Virus record (IMG/VR): IMGVR_UViG_2667527993_000018
Length of the DNA: 38,304 bases
Direction: 5' to 3' (one strand)
DNA from: a virus
Taxonomy: Duplodnaviria > Heunggongvirae > Uroviricota > Caudoviricetes
In this document: piece after piece, positions 1-7,395 of the stretch
Numbering within the stretch: the first letter of the stretch is position 1
Layout of the letters: the number at the start of each line of letters is the position of its first letter
Position numbers and translations under genes: made by a program
The notes under the pieces: model-generated
Seen by the model: the letters and a program-made list of their open reading frames with translations, nothing else
The model's database searches: none
What the model was told of the DNA's origin: nothing

Positions 1-696
1 TCATTCATCCTCCTGATGCGTGGTAGCGGTCCCATTGAAGGGCAAAATAAAATCACCCAAACAGAAAACAGATTCTTCAGCCACGGATATAAGCTGCCCG
101 TTCAAACGCAGTGAAACGGGCGCAGAAGTTCGAATCGCAATACGCTGCGCGTCGAGCGTGACCTGTAATTCGCAGCCCTGCCAGAACAGAGGGAAAGACA
201 ACTGTTGCCACTGCTCCGGTAACGCCGGATTGAGATGTAATTCACCGTCACGCACGCTCACCCCGGCAAAACCCTGAATCGCCCCCAGCCAGATAGCGCC
301 AGTTGCGGCAGCGTGGATACCATCATCACAACTATGCGGATCAGCACCAAGATCGATTTCAGTCCCCTCGCGCCAGAACTGATAACTTTGGGTCAGCAGG
401 CCACAGCGTGCGGCAACAATGCCGTGGATTGCTTTACTTAATGACGAGTCGTGAATAGTGCGCGGTTCATAAAATTGCAGATTGGCAAGACACGATACCG
501 CTGAGAACTGCTCCGGCAGCATGTAATTGAGCATCACCACATCAGCTTGTTTGAGGATCTTATAGCGCGGCGATTTTTTTGATACCGATTTGCATTTCAT
601 TTGATACAGCTGAAAAACGCCGATACGCAACTTATTTGATACTAAATCGGCGCTTTTCTTTTGAGTTTTAGAATGAGTTTTTAAGCGCTCATTCAC
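1..696 (-). pseudogene. C-terminal fragment of a GH65-family glycoside hydrolase/phosphorylase, probable host gene interrupted by the prophage right end
   Basis: Translation from about 560 downward carries GH65-like C-terminal motifs (KQADVVML, YEPRTIHDSSLS, DDGIHAAATGAIW); stop codon at 1-3. The apparent ATG at 696 and first ~45 codons overlap the mom stop and putative phage end, so the true N-terminus is missing or phage-derived. Confidence 0.4.
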
Positions 697-1426
697 TCTC
701 TTTCAAACCAGCTTTAACTGTTTGTGGTTTTGGGTAAGGCTGGACTTTGAATAGCTTTGTGTTGAGGCGTTTTCTGGCCCTCTTGTTCAGAAACCGGATG
801 TAACGAAACTGTCGGAACTTATGCACACTGGCTCTGTCGATATTAGCCCTCAGATGTTCACCTCGTTGTCCGCCTCGTTTAATGGCATTCCTGCAAATCT
901 CGTGATACCACTCGCCATCAAGTTCATAGAATGTTGATTCATGGCTGCCTACATAATCAAAATTGCTGGCCTGATACACGACACCAAGACAGCCACAACG
1001 CTCATCTGCAAACGACTGAACCCACTGTACCTGCGGATAAAGCTGCCTGATTAGCTTGAGCGCGTAACTGATTGCCCTTGATTCGGAGTTTCTCGGCATA
1101 CAGTCATGCATCCATAGCCGGTTAAGCTCCATATATTCTCGGTTCTGCGTACCCGTTACGACGCGTGCACCACTGTTTGGGTTAAGGGCGTAACCCCATT
1201 GCATTACGCCAACAAGTTCCCGTTCTGAAAATATGCCCAGATGAAGGTAGGAATTATTTACGAAACGGTGGCTGTAATGTTTATTGACGATAACCAGTCT
1301 GGCCAGCCAGCAACTTATTGTCTCAACCCGCAACTCACGGGAGCCATAACCAACGATATTGTCGTTATAGCGAATAAGTTCAGGCGTGCTGATGATACGG
1401 GATGTGACTTGCTTTCTGTTCCCCAC
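689..1426 (-). CDS. mom: Mom-like DNA modification protein (anti-restriction adenine modification)
   Basis: 245-aa ORF at the extreme phage right end, directly downstream of and overlapping a Com-like zinc-finger ORF by ~47 nt, as in Mu com-mom. Not identified by sequence similarity I can verify; call rests on position and operon structure. Confidence 0.55.
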   Translation of the reverse strand: MGNRKQVTSRIISTPELIRYNDNIVGYGSRELRVETISCWLARLVIVNKHYSHRFVNNSYLHLGIFSERELVGVMQWGYALNPNSGARVVTGTQNREYMELNRLWMHDCMPRNSESRAISYALKLIRQLYPQVQWVQSFADERCGCLGVVYQASNFDYVGSHESTFYELDGEWYHEICRNAIKRGGQRGEHLRANIDRASVHKFRQFRYIRFLNKRARKRLNTKLFKVQPYPKPQTVKAGLKESE

Positions 1427-1580
1427 GACAGGATTTCCTTGTGTATGTGGGGTGCTCTGTGGCGCTCGGAGATGTGATTTGATTGAGGGTTTTACAGCGC
1501 GGACATTTTACTTCCAGATAACTGAAACTGGCCCGTGCCAGTAGCTTATTGCAGTGTCGGCACCGTATGTTTCGATACAT
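1380..1580 (-). CDS. com: Com-like zinc-finger translational activator of mom
   Basis: [14 protein letters not shown]...EVKCPRCK matches the Mu Com C-x2-C...C-x2-C core (Mu: IRCKNCNKLL...IRCPRCK). AGGAGG lies 9 nt upstream of the ATG at 1580; the ORF track's longer 1625 start is probably not used. Confidence 0.65.
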   Translation of the reverse strand: MYRNIRCRHCNKLLARASFSYLEVKCPRCKTLNQITSPSATEHPTYTRKSCRGEQKASHIPYHQHA

Positions 1581-1624
1581 GGCCGCATAACCTCCTGCTT
1601 TGTTGTTGATGCCTTTCTCATGCA

Positions 1625-1770
1625 ATCGATCGACAAAAACGATCGATTCGATTTGTTTAATTGATACAACAAATAGATTTAAAAGTCATCAACAATGATT
1701 CAGGGCGGTGATTATTTACTTAAAGAAACGAAGAGTTAGGTGGTGAAAACGATCATAAAATGATCATTTT
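1625..1770 (-). promoter_or_regulatory. Putative mom promoter/operator region with a cluster of four GATC (Dam) sites
   Basis: GATC at 1628-1631, 1641-1644, 1751-1754 and 1762-1765 in AT-rich DNA just upstream of com. In Mu, Pmom has clustered GATC sites whose methylation state controls OxyR repression. Confidence 0.4.
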
Positions 1771-1987
1771 ATTGACTTTTTATACAGTGAAGGTAGGATC
1801 GCGCGTAGTATGTAGTATGTTTCAAATCAACAGGATACTACATAAAAGGGAAACCCAGCATAGCTGGAACTATGCTGGGTCAATCTGTAAAAACTTGCAT
1901 CAATGCTTTACTTCGAGCTCGTGGCGTATCCTATGATATTCCCCGGTCTCCTGTAAAGCAGAGATGCATAAAAAGGAGATCTTTATC

Positions 1988-2158
1988 ATGGATAAAGAGC
2001 CTGTTTGCCCTGCCTGTAAGACTCCCTTACAGCTCATCTATCGCCGTTCTCGATCTCAAAATGGCAAGACATACAAACCAAAAAATGCTTCCTGTTTCAG
2101 GATGCTGATATGTCCTGCCTGTTCTCCCCGGAGGGAAAATACACAAAACGTGCATTAA
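1988..2158 (+). CDS. Small zinc-ribbon protein (56 aa), unknown function
   Basis: Two CPAC motifs (CPACKT...CPACSP); AGGAG 9 nt upstream of the ATG at 1988; transcribed divergently from com and convergently with the esterase operon. Confidence 0.4.
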   Translation: MDKEPVCPACKTPLQLIYRRSRSQNGKTYKPKNASCFRMLICPACSPRRENTQNVH

Positions 2159-2167
2159 CAAATTCAC

Positions 2168-2198
2168 CCGGCAGGGAAACCTGCCGGTCGGTATTGTT
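2168..2198. terminator. Probable bidirectional rho-independent terminator
   Basis: Perfect 8-bp stem CCGGCAGG / CCTGCCGG with GAAA loop (2168-2187), T-rich flanks on both strands, between two convergent genes. Confidence 0.5.
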
Positions 2199-2442
2199 AC
2201 ATCATAGTACCGTCAGTTCCGGGCTGAACCGGCTCTGGTTGCTCTACGGGTTGAGGCTCATTTTCCGTGCTGTTTTCAGCCGGAGAACGACCAACCATTC
2301 GGGCCAGCACTTCATCAACATATGCGTCGATTTGTGCCTCAAAATCCTTGCGAACCTGCGCCTTCAGCACGCGGTTCACTTCTTCAGAATAAAGTGCCTG
2401 TTTGACAAGCTCTTCAGTAACCGTGCCTTTAATCTCTGGCAT
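2197..2442 (-). CDS. Hypothetical protein (81 aa), acidic proline-rich C-terminus
   Basis: AGGAG 8 nt upstream of the ATG at 2442; last gene of the esterase operon, immediately followed by the terminator hairpin. Confidence 0.5.
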   Translation of the reverse strand: MPEIKGTVTEELVKQALYSEEVNRVLKAQVRKDFEAQIDAYVDEVLARMVGRSPAENSTENEPQPVEQPEPVQPGTDGTMM

Positions 2443-2477
2443 GAATATTCTCCTTTCCTTTTCTGGTTCACAAAAAA

Positions 2478-2657
2478 TTAAATCTGACCGGAGTCTTTCG
2501 GCTGCGGCATTACAGCACCGCTTTTTATCTTTTCCTCGGCAGCTGCATCAATTTTATTTCGAAAATAATTGCGAATAATTTTATAACCACCGCTGACAAG
2601 CAACAGACAACAAACCACCGTGCAGAAATACAGCAGGCAGACGTTTATATATGTCAT
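2478..2657 (-). CDS. Small membrane protein (59 aa, one predicted TM helix)
   Basis: Hand translation gives MTYINVCLLYFCTVVCCLLLVSGGYKIIRNYF... with a hydrophobic N-terminal segment; GTGAGG ~6 nt upstream of the ATG at 2657; below the 60-aa cut-off of the ORF track. Confidence 0.4.
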   Translation of the reverse strand: MTYINVCLLYFCTVVCCLLLVSGGYKIIRNYFRNKIDAAAEEKIKSGAVMPQPKDSGQI

Positions 2658-2714
2658 ATAAGCCTCACTCTTATTAACTGATGTTACAGCCGGATAAATT
2701 CCCGGCCGTCACGA

Positions 2715-4772
2715 TTATGCCGCAGGGGTATTAACCTCAAGGACAACGCTCTCAAAAGACACGCCATAAGTTGCCCCTTTGGTGACATCTGTCAGTGTCA
2801 GCGTATCTTTGGCAGGGGAAAGTGCATCTTTCACCATCTGGAATGCCTGGCCCGGAGTGCCATCCAGCACAGGCGTTACCTGGGCACTTCCCGCCGTAAA
2901 CTTCAGGACAAGTGTATGCCACTGGTTATTGTAGGCTCCAAATGATCCCAGTTTCGTATTCCCCCCTGTTTTATGGTGCATCAGATTTAACTGGCCGCCT
3001 GTTGTCTGGAGATAATACGCCATCAGGAACGGTGTGCCTGTACCACTCATGGTTACACCTTCCGGGACCGTATCGGTGTGGAGGTAAATACCCAGAGCAA
3101 ACTGGCCTTCTTTTACTTCACCTGACAGACGGAATTTACAGGTCAACTGACCACCATGCTTCAGAAGTTCACCGGCTGCATCAGTTCCATGGGTAAGCGC
3201 CCAGGTTTTTCCGCTTTGTTTGGATACGGTCAACGCTTTACCTTCGTCCGTCAGCTGGATTGTACCATCTGTAATTTTCCAGCCCTGAGCCGGGGCTTCT
3301 CCTGCTGATGCTTTAAGTGAAAGCAGCGTACGGAGTGACGGGGATGTCGGATGGGGGGACTCACTGCCTCCTGGCTGACTACCTGTCGGCGCTTCCGGTT
3401 TCCCACCCGGCGCGGGCTGAGGCAGGGCTTCACCATCAGGGGCCACACCGGCAATAAATGCAGAGGTCAGACCTGCATATTTAAGAATTGCTGATGCAAA
3501 ACGATCTGAGACCAGAAAACGGCGCGCCCAGGAGCTAAAATGGGTTGCCCTGGATGCTGTTGTCCAGTTGCCATCTCCCCGTGATTCCGCACCATAATAC
3601 CCGGCAGAAGCGATATCCGGGTCGTGCTCCGGCAGGTTGGTCGCGGTTTTATTACCGAACTCATCGTGCATCAGTGGAACAAAGTGAATGTTCTCGGAAG
3701 CCCGGTTTTTATATCCGCTATAAATGGTTTCATATGCCGCCGGGTTCTTCTCTTTCCAGTCATAGGTTGTGTCACCACATAACCACGGCACACTGTCTGA
3801 TGAACCACCAATACACTGACCGGAGAAAGCACCAAGATCCGCACGGAATTTTTTCACCATCGCAGTAAACTGGGCACCATGCTGGGCCGGGGTCGCTTTA
3901 AGGTCTCCTTCCCCCTGAATCCATACGACAGATAACAGCACATTCTTTGGATTCGCCTCAAGTGCCGCTTTAGTTCGACTGACAAGATCCTGATACAGTG
4001 GGGTATCCACTCCCCAGCGTAGTGACGCCTCGGCTGCACCACTTGCCGGATCGAATGAGCCAACTGCGCCGGTTGTAAAAGCAGAGCCGCCACGGGCACA
4101 GGGAACCAGTAAAATCCCGGCATCAGCAGGAATCACCGGTAATACTTTTTTCGCAATATGAAGTCCCTGCCCCACACAACCATACTGCCCTTTTTTCAGG
4201 TCTGCTTTTGGATGGTTCAGCAGACTCATATTCTGAACATCATGAAGGCAGTGATCTGCTGGAATGATTTCATTGTATTTGCAGGGAATACCTCCGGGGG
4301 TTTGTGTATTCCTGCGTGCCAGCTGCATAATACGTGGATCAGGACGATCATAAGAATCCGGAAGGGGCAACCCTTCACCATAAGATGAAGCATTGGACTG
4401 GCCGGCTATAACAATCACGTAATACCAGGAAGGGGAGCTGGAAGCCGTTTCATTTCCTGCCGGACGGGTATGTGTTTCTGCATTATCCCAGTCTGACGGT
4501 TCAGTAGTACCGGCAACATCAGCACTTAACGGAATGACAGCACCAATACCCGCTCCGGTAATTTCCACGTTCGGATCACCGGATACTGGCCTTACCCACA
4601 GGCAATCCTGTGTATTAAAACTGATGAGACAGTCAGCAAATGTCATTCCTCCTTTCGTTTCAGCAGGAGGAAAGGGAGCCTCAAGAAATGCCGCTGTACC
4701 ACCGGAAACTTTAACGGTAAAGTTTCCGGGCATTGATGATAGTTGAACCCATTTGGACGTCATAATATTCAT
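2715..4772 (-). CDS. SASA/SGNH-type carbohydrate esterase with N-terminal unknown domain and C-terminal lectin-like (ConA/LamG-like) beta domain
   Basis: 685-aa ORF with VIVIAGQSNASSYGEG (GQSN motif of the sialate O-acetylesterase-like SGNH family); ~110-aa N-terminal region with no signal-peptide-like hydrophobic stretch; beta-rich C-terminal ~230 aa; AGGAACAGG upstream of the ATG at 4772. Confidence 0.7.
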   Translation of the reverse strand: MNIMTSKWVQLSSMPGNFTVKVSGGTAAFLEAPFPPAETKGGMTFADCLISFNTQDCLWVRPVSGDPNVEITGAGIGAVIPLSADVAGTTEPSDWDNAETHTRPAGNETASSSPSWYYVIVIAGQSNASSYGEGLPLPDSYDRPDPRIMQLARRNTQTPGGIPCKYNEIIPADHCLHDVQNMSLLNHPKADLKKGQYGCVGQGLHIAKKVLPVIPADAGILLVPCARGGSAFTTGAVGSFDPASGAAEASLRWGVDTPLYQDLVSRTKAALEANPKNVLLSVVWIQGEGDLKATPAQHGAQFTAMVKKFRADLGAFSGQCIGGSSDSVPWLCGDTTYDWKEKNPAAYETIYSGYKNRASENIHFVPLMHDEFGNKTATNLPEHDPDIASAGYYGAESRGDGNWTTASRATHFSSWARRFLVSDRFASAILKYAGLTSAFIAGVAPDGEALPQPAPGGKPEAPTGSQPGGSESPHPTSPSLRTLLSLKASAGEAPAQGWKITDGTIQLTDEGKALTVSKQSGKTWALTHGTDAAGELLKHGGQLTCKFRLSGEVKEGQFALGIYLHTDTVPEGVTMSGTGTPFLMAYYLQTTGGQLNLMHHKTGGNTKLGSFGAYNNQWHTLVLKFTAGSAQVTPVLDGTPGQAFQMVKDALSPAKDTLTLTDVTKGATYGVSFESVVLEVNTPAA

Positions 4773-4862
4773 CCTGTTCCTGAATAAACAGAATTATCAT
4801 ATCCACAGACCGATAAACGCCATTTTGCGTTAATTCAGTAAAGGCCCAACAAAGGGAGCGTC

Positions 4863-5423
4863 TTATTTTTCCGAAACGCTCGCAGGATAATAACGATAAA
4901 GGGTTGAAAGGCCGATATCAAAAATAAGTGCCACCTGTCTTCGACTGACACCCCCGGCCAGTAAACGCCCGACCTGCTCGTATTGTTCCTGCGTGAGACG
5001 ACGGGGTCTGCCGCCGGTTCGTCCCCTTTCACGGGCAGCTGCAAGACCAGCCCGTGTCCGTTCGACAATTAATTCACGCTCCATTTCTGCCAGCGCACCC
5101 ATTATGTGAAAAAAGAAGCGCCCCATGGGGGTTGACGTATCAATGTTGTCAGTAAGACTACGAAAATTTATCCCCTGTTGCTGTAATTCATCTGTCAGCG
5201 CAACAAGGTGGCGCATACTGCGCCCCAGCCTGTCCAGTTTCCAGACCATCAGTGTGTCACCGGGTTTTAGTTTCTTCAGTGCCCGCTTCAGTCCCGGCCG
5301 CTGTGTCGTTTTACCACTCATTTTGTCTTCAAAAATCTGCTCACATCCTGCACATTCCAGCGCATTTCTTTGTAAACCGGTGTTCTGGTCATTTGTTGAT
5401 ACGCGTATATAGCCAATCAGCAT
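4863..5423 (-). CDS. gin: Gin/Hin/Pin/Cin-family serine DNA invertase
   Basis: MLIGYIRVSTNDQ...GRSMRHL... resolvase/invertase catalytic domain plus C-terminal HTH; sits immediately beside the invertible tail-fibre segment. Confidence 0.9.
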   Translation of the reverse strand: MLIGYIRVSTNDQNTGLQRNALECAGCEQIFEDKMSGKTTQRPGLKRALKKLKPGDTLMVWKLDRLGRSMRHLVALTDELQQQGINFRSLTDNIDTSTPMGRFFFHIMGALAEMERELIVERTRAGLAAARERGRTGGRPRRLTQEQYEQVGRLLAGGVSRRQVALIFDIGLSTLYRYYPASVSEK

Positions 5424-5477
5424 GTATTTACCTTCCTTAAAAAGAGGTGGAAAGGCCTTTTAAAGCAGATATACGGC

Positions 5478-5503
5478 ATCCCTGAAACCTCGGTTTACGG
5501 GAT
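5478..5503. other. gix-like crossover site (gin-proximal)
   Basis: ATCCCTGAAACC-TC-GGTTTACGGGAT closely resembles the Mu gix site as I recall it (TTATCCAAAACC-TC-GGTTTACAGGAA); core dinucleotide TC at 5490-5491. Confidence 0.6.
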
Positions 5504-5848
5504 ACTGTAAACAGGGCCGCGAATGCCCTGCCATCGAACGGAACGGCTGTTGCAGCGAATAAACTCGCCACTCCAAGAAATATTAATGGTGTCCCATTTG
5601 ACGGAACGCAGGATATAAATATTACATCGGGGATGACGCAGTCTGTGGCTGACTCACGTTATGTTCAAAGCATTCGAAGAGGTTCAAGGTCAACGATTGG
5701 AATGCAATATAATATTTTTGAAGTTCCTGACGGATGCGTACTTACAGGGCTTGATGTCGCTGGTGATGGTAATGCAACGGTAACCGCATATTATCGACCT
5801 GTTCAGTTTCTGATAGATGGTTCGTGGAAAACAGCTTCCAGCGCATAA
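5486..5848 (+). CDS. Alternative tail-fibre C-terminal segment (S'v), promoterless and start-less in the current orientation
   Basis: Frame opens right after a TGA at 5483-5485 and encodes NLGLRDTVNRAANALPSNGTAVAANKLATPRNINGVPFDGTQDINITSGMTQS..., nearly identical to S residues 176-230, then diverges to a different tip; inversion would fuse it in frame to the constant part of S. Confidence 0.65.
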   Translation, partial: NLGLRDTVNRAANALPSNGTAVAANKLATPRNINGVPFDGTQDINITSGMTQSVADSRYVQSIRRGSRSTIGMQYNIFEVPDGCVLTGLDVAGDGNATVTAYYRPVQFLIDGSWKTASSA

Positions 5849-5866
5849 AAGTGCAGTAGTTCAAAA
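5490..5866. repeat. Gin-proximal arm of a ~165-bp imperfect inverted repeat flanking the invertible segment
   Basis: About 5478-5650 on the plus strand aligns at roughly 80% identity (hand alignment) with the reverse complement of about 6705-6878. The coordinates given here are approximate; the repeat starts at the gix site. Confidence 0.4.
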
Positions 5867-5927
5867 AACAGATTATCTGAATAAATATATGATGATTTTG
5901 TCTTTTCAACAAAAACAAGGTGAAATA

Positions 5928-6449
5928 ATGGAGCTTATTAACGTAAAACGATATTACCCGGAACACAAACCCTATGGTGAGGATGTTCAGTATTTCCAGA
6001 GTGAGGACGGAAGGGATTTTTATGAATCTATCCCGCTTTTCACAAAGAAATACAAACTCTGTATTTCGCCTGTAACGGGTATTATCTGCTCTGTTGCTGA
6101 AGATGTCTCTGCTTTATATCCGGCAGGTTTTACTGTTGTTGAAGTGGACGAACTGCCGGAAGGTGTGAATATTGACGGTAACTGGCAGTGTTCTGATGGC
6201 CTGATATCAAAGGTGCCGGTAAACTGGAAGACGGTTGCTGAAAAGCGTCGCTCATCGCTGCTCCAGGAAGCCAACGAAACCGTGGATGACTGGAAAACAG
6301 AATTAAAACTGGACATGATTAGCGATGAAAATAAATTACAGCTGACGCGCTGGATGGCGTATATCCGACAGCTTAAAGAAATGCACTTTAATGATATTGC
6401 CAGTGAGGGGCATTACCAGGCGATTCCCTGGCCGGAAAAACCGGAATAA
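5928..6449 (+). CDS. Tail-fibre assembly chaperone (U'), partner of S'v
   Basis: 174-aa ORF with AAGGTG upstream of the ATG at 5928, directly downstream of S'v on the same strand; size and C-terminal features typical of Tfa/U proteins; AT-richer than neighbouring phage DNA. Confidence 0.7.
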   Translation: MELINVKRYYPEHKPYGEDVQYFQSEDGRDFYESIPLFTKKYKLCISPVTGIICSVAEDVSALYPAGFTVVEVDELPEGVNIDGNWQCSDGLISKVPVNWKTVAEKRRSSLLQEANETVDDWKTELKLDMISDENKLQLTRWMAYIRQLKEMHFNDIASEGHYQAIPWPEKPE

Positions 6450-6454
6450 TTCAG

Positions 6455-6480
6455 AGGGTGCATTCAGCACCCTTTTCTGT
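6455..6480 (+). terminator. Probable rho-independent terminator after U'
   Basis: Stem GAGGGTGC / GCACCCTT with ATTCA loop followed by TTTCTG. Confidence 0.4.
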
Positions 6481-6483
6481 GGT

Positions 6484-7395
6484 TTACACTGAACTTACCG
6501 TTCTCCAGGCATTATTAATATAAATCTGAACCGGGCGATAATAGACCCCACCGATATTGTCCGCAGACCGGGAGCCGGTTTCCTGCACGTTAATACCGGA
6601 AAGCATACAACCGGAAGGTGCGCTGTAATTCCATGATATTTCATTGCCTCCGGGTGAATGATAGCTCTGTGCTCCAAGCTGAACATTCTGTACATACCGG
6701 CCATCTGCGGTTGACTGCGTCATTCCTGACGTGATGTTGATATCCTGCGTTCCGTCAAAAGGAACGCCATTAATATTTCTTGGGGTGGCGAGTCTGTTTG
6801 CTGCCACGGCGGTTCCACCCGATGGCAGGGCATCAGCAGCCTTATTTACCGTTTCCCGTAAACCGACGTTATCGATAAAAGCGCCTTTATCCGGAATGTC
6901 TGCGCCGTTCTGCTCCCTGCGCAGGTAACGGTTATCACCTTCGCTTTTGCTGTAAACATCCAGATTATTACGGGCGGTTCCCGCATTCTCCAGGTCGGCA
7001 AGGTTCTGATCCTTCGCCAGAGCATTAACGTCACCGGGACCAAGACTGTTTTTTGTGGCAAGCGCCCCAAGACCAAGATAACCACGGGCAAGACGCTGGG
7101 CTTCCGCACCGGCATCAGCAATTTCTTTCAGGTTGTTTTTCCGGGAAAAGGCATTCGCAGCGATAATGGCTTTAATGGACAGCGTAAGCTGGTTTAACTG
7201 CGCCTTATCCGGCTGAATACTGGCTTCAGCCAGAATATTCAGCAGTTCGGCCTGGAGAATATTCAGCCAGTCCTGACCAATCCAGCTGATACCTTTTTGT
7301 CCGTCACCTTCGGTAAACCAGGTGGTGGTATTACTCTGCGCCGGTGCCAGCGCAGGCATATTCGCCACGCCGGAATTATTATCAACATGAAACAT
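6484..7395 (-). CDS. Tail fibre protein S (constant N-terminal part plus currently expressed variable C-terminus Sv)
   Basis: 303-aa ORF after the baseplate genes, start overlapping the stop of the upstream gene (TAATG); C-terminal third lies inside the invertible segment and is paralogous to S'v. Confidence 0.8.
   Translation of the reverse strand: MFHVDNNSGVANMPALAPAQSNTTTWFTEGDGQKGISWIGQDWLNILQAELLNILAEASIQPDKAQLNQLTLSIKAIIAANAFSRKNNLKEIADAGAEAQRLARGYLGLGALATKNSLGPGDVNALAKDQNLADLENAGTARNNLDVYSKSEGDNRYLRREQNGADIPDKGAFIDNVGLRETVNKAADALPSGGTAVAANRLATPRNINGVPFDGTQDINITSGMTQSTADGRYVQNVQLGAQSYHSPGGNEISWNYSAPSGCMLSGINVQETGSRSADNIGGVYYRPVQIYINNAWRTVSSV
6853..6878. other. gix-like crossover site inside S (gin-distal)
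   Basis: Minus-strand reading TTATCGATAACG-TC-GGTTTACGGGAA; crossover falls in S codons D-N-V-G-L-R and preserves reading frame on inversion. Confidence 0.6.

Larger units (their letters stand above)
5490..6866. other. Invertible DNA segment (Mu G-segment-like, ~1.38 kb) carrying alternative tail-fibre C-termini
   Basis: Bounded by two gix-like sites in inverted orientation with identical TC core dinucleotides (5490-5491; 6865-6866 on the minus strand). Contains Sv (minus), U' and S'v (plus). Confidence 0.65.

Noticed and set aside
20-277. 85-aa plus-strand ORF at the window start
   Set aside because: Antisense to the GH65-like host coding region; no start context.
1872-2108. 78-aa plus-strand ORF overlapping the zinc-ribbon ORF
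   Set aside because: No SD, basic low-complexity translation, overlaps in another frame the better-supported 56-aa zinc-ribbon ORF.
2110-2481. 123-aa plus-strand ORF
   Set aside because: Antisense to the 81-aa minus-strand gene, which has a strong SD and terminator; crosses the hairpin terminator.
5817-5927. N-terminal extension of the U' ORF (ORF-track start at 5817)
   Set aside because: The extension overlaps the S'v stop region and lacks an SD; the internal ATG at 5928 has AAGGTG upstream and gives a typical ~174-aa chaperone.
6475-6495. Third gix-like half-site (GGTTTACA) between the U' and Sv stop codons
   Set aside because: Only one half-site-like octamer matches and the flanks do not resemble gix; inversion using it would have no functional outcome. 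Most likely chance similarity.
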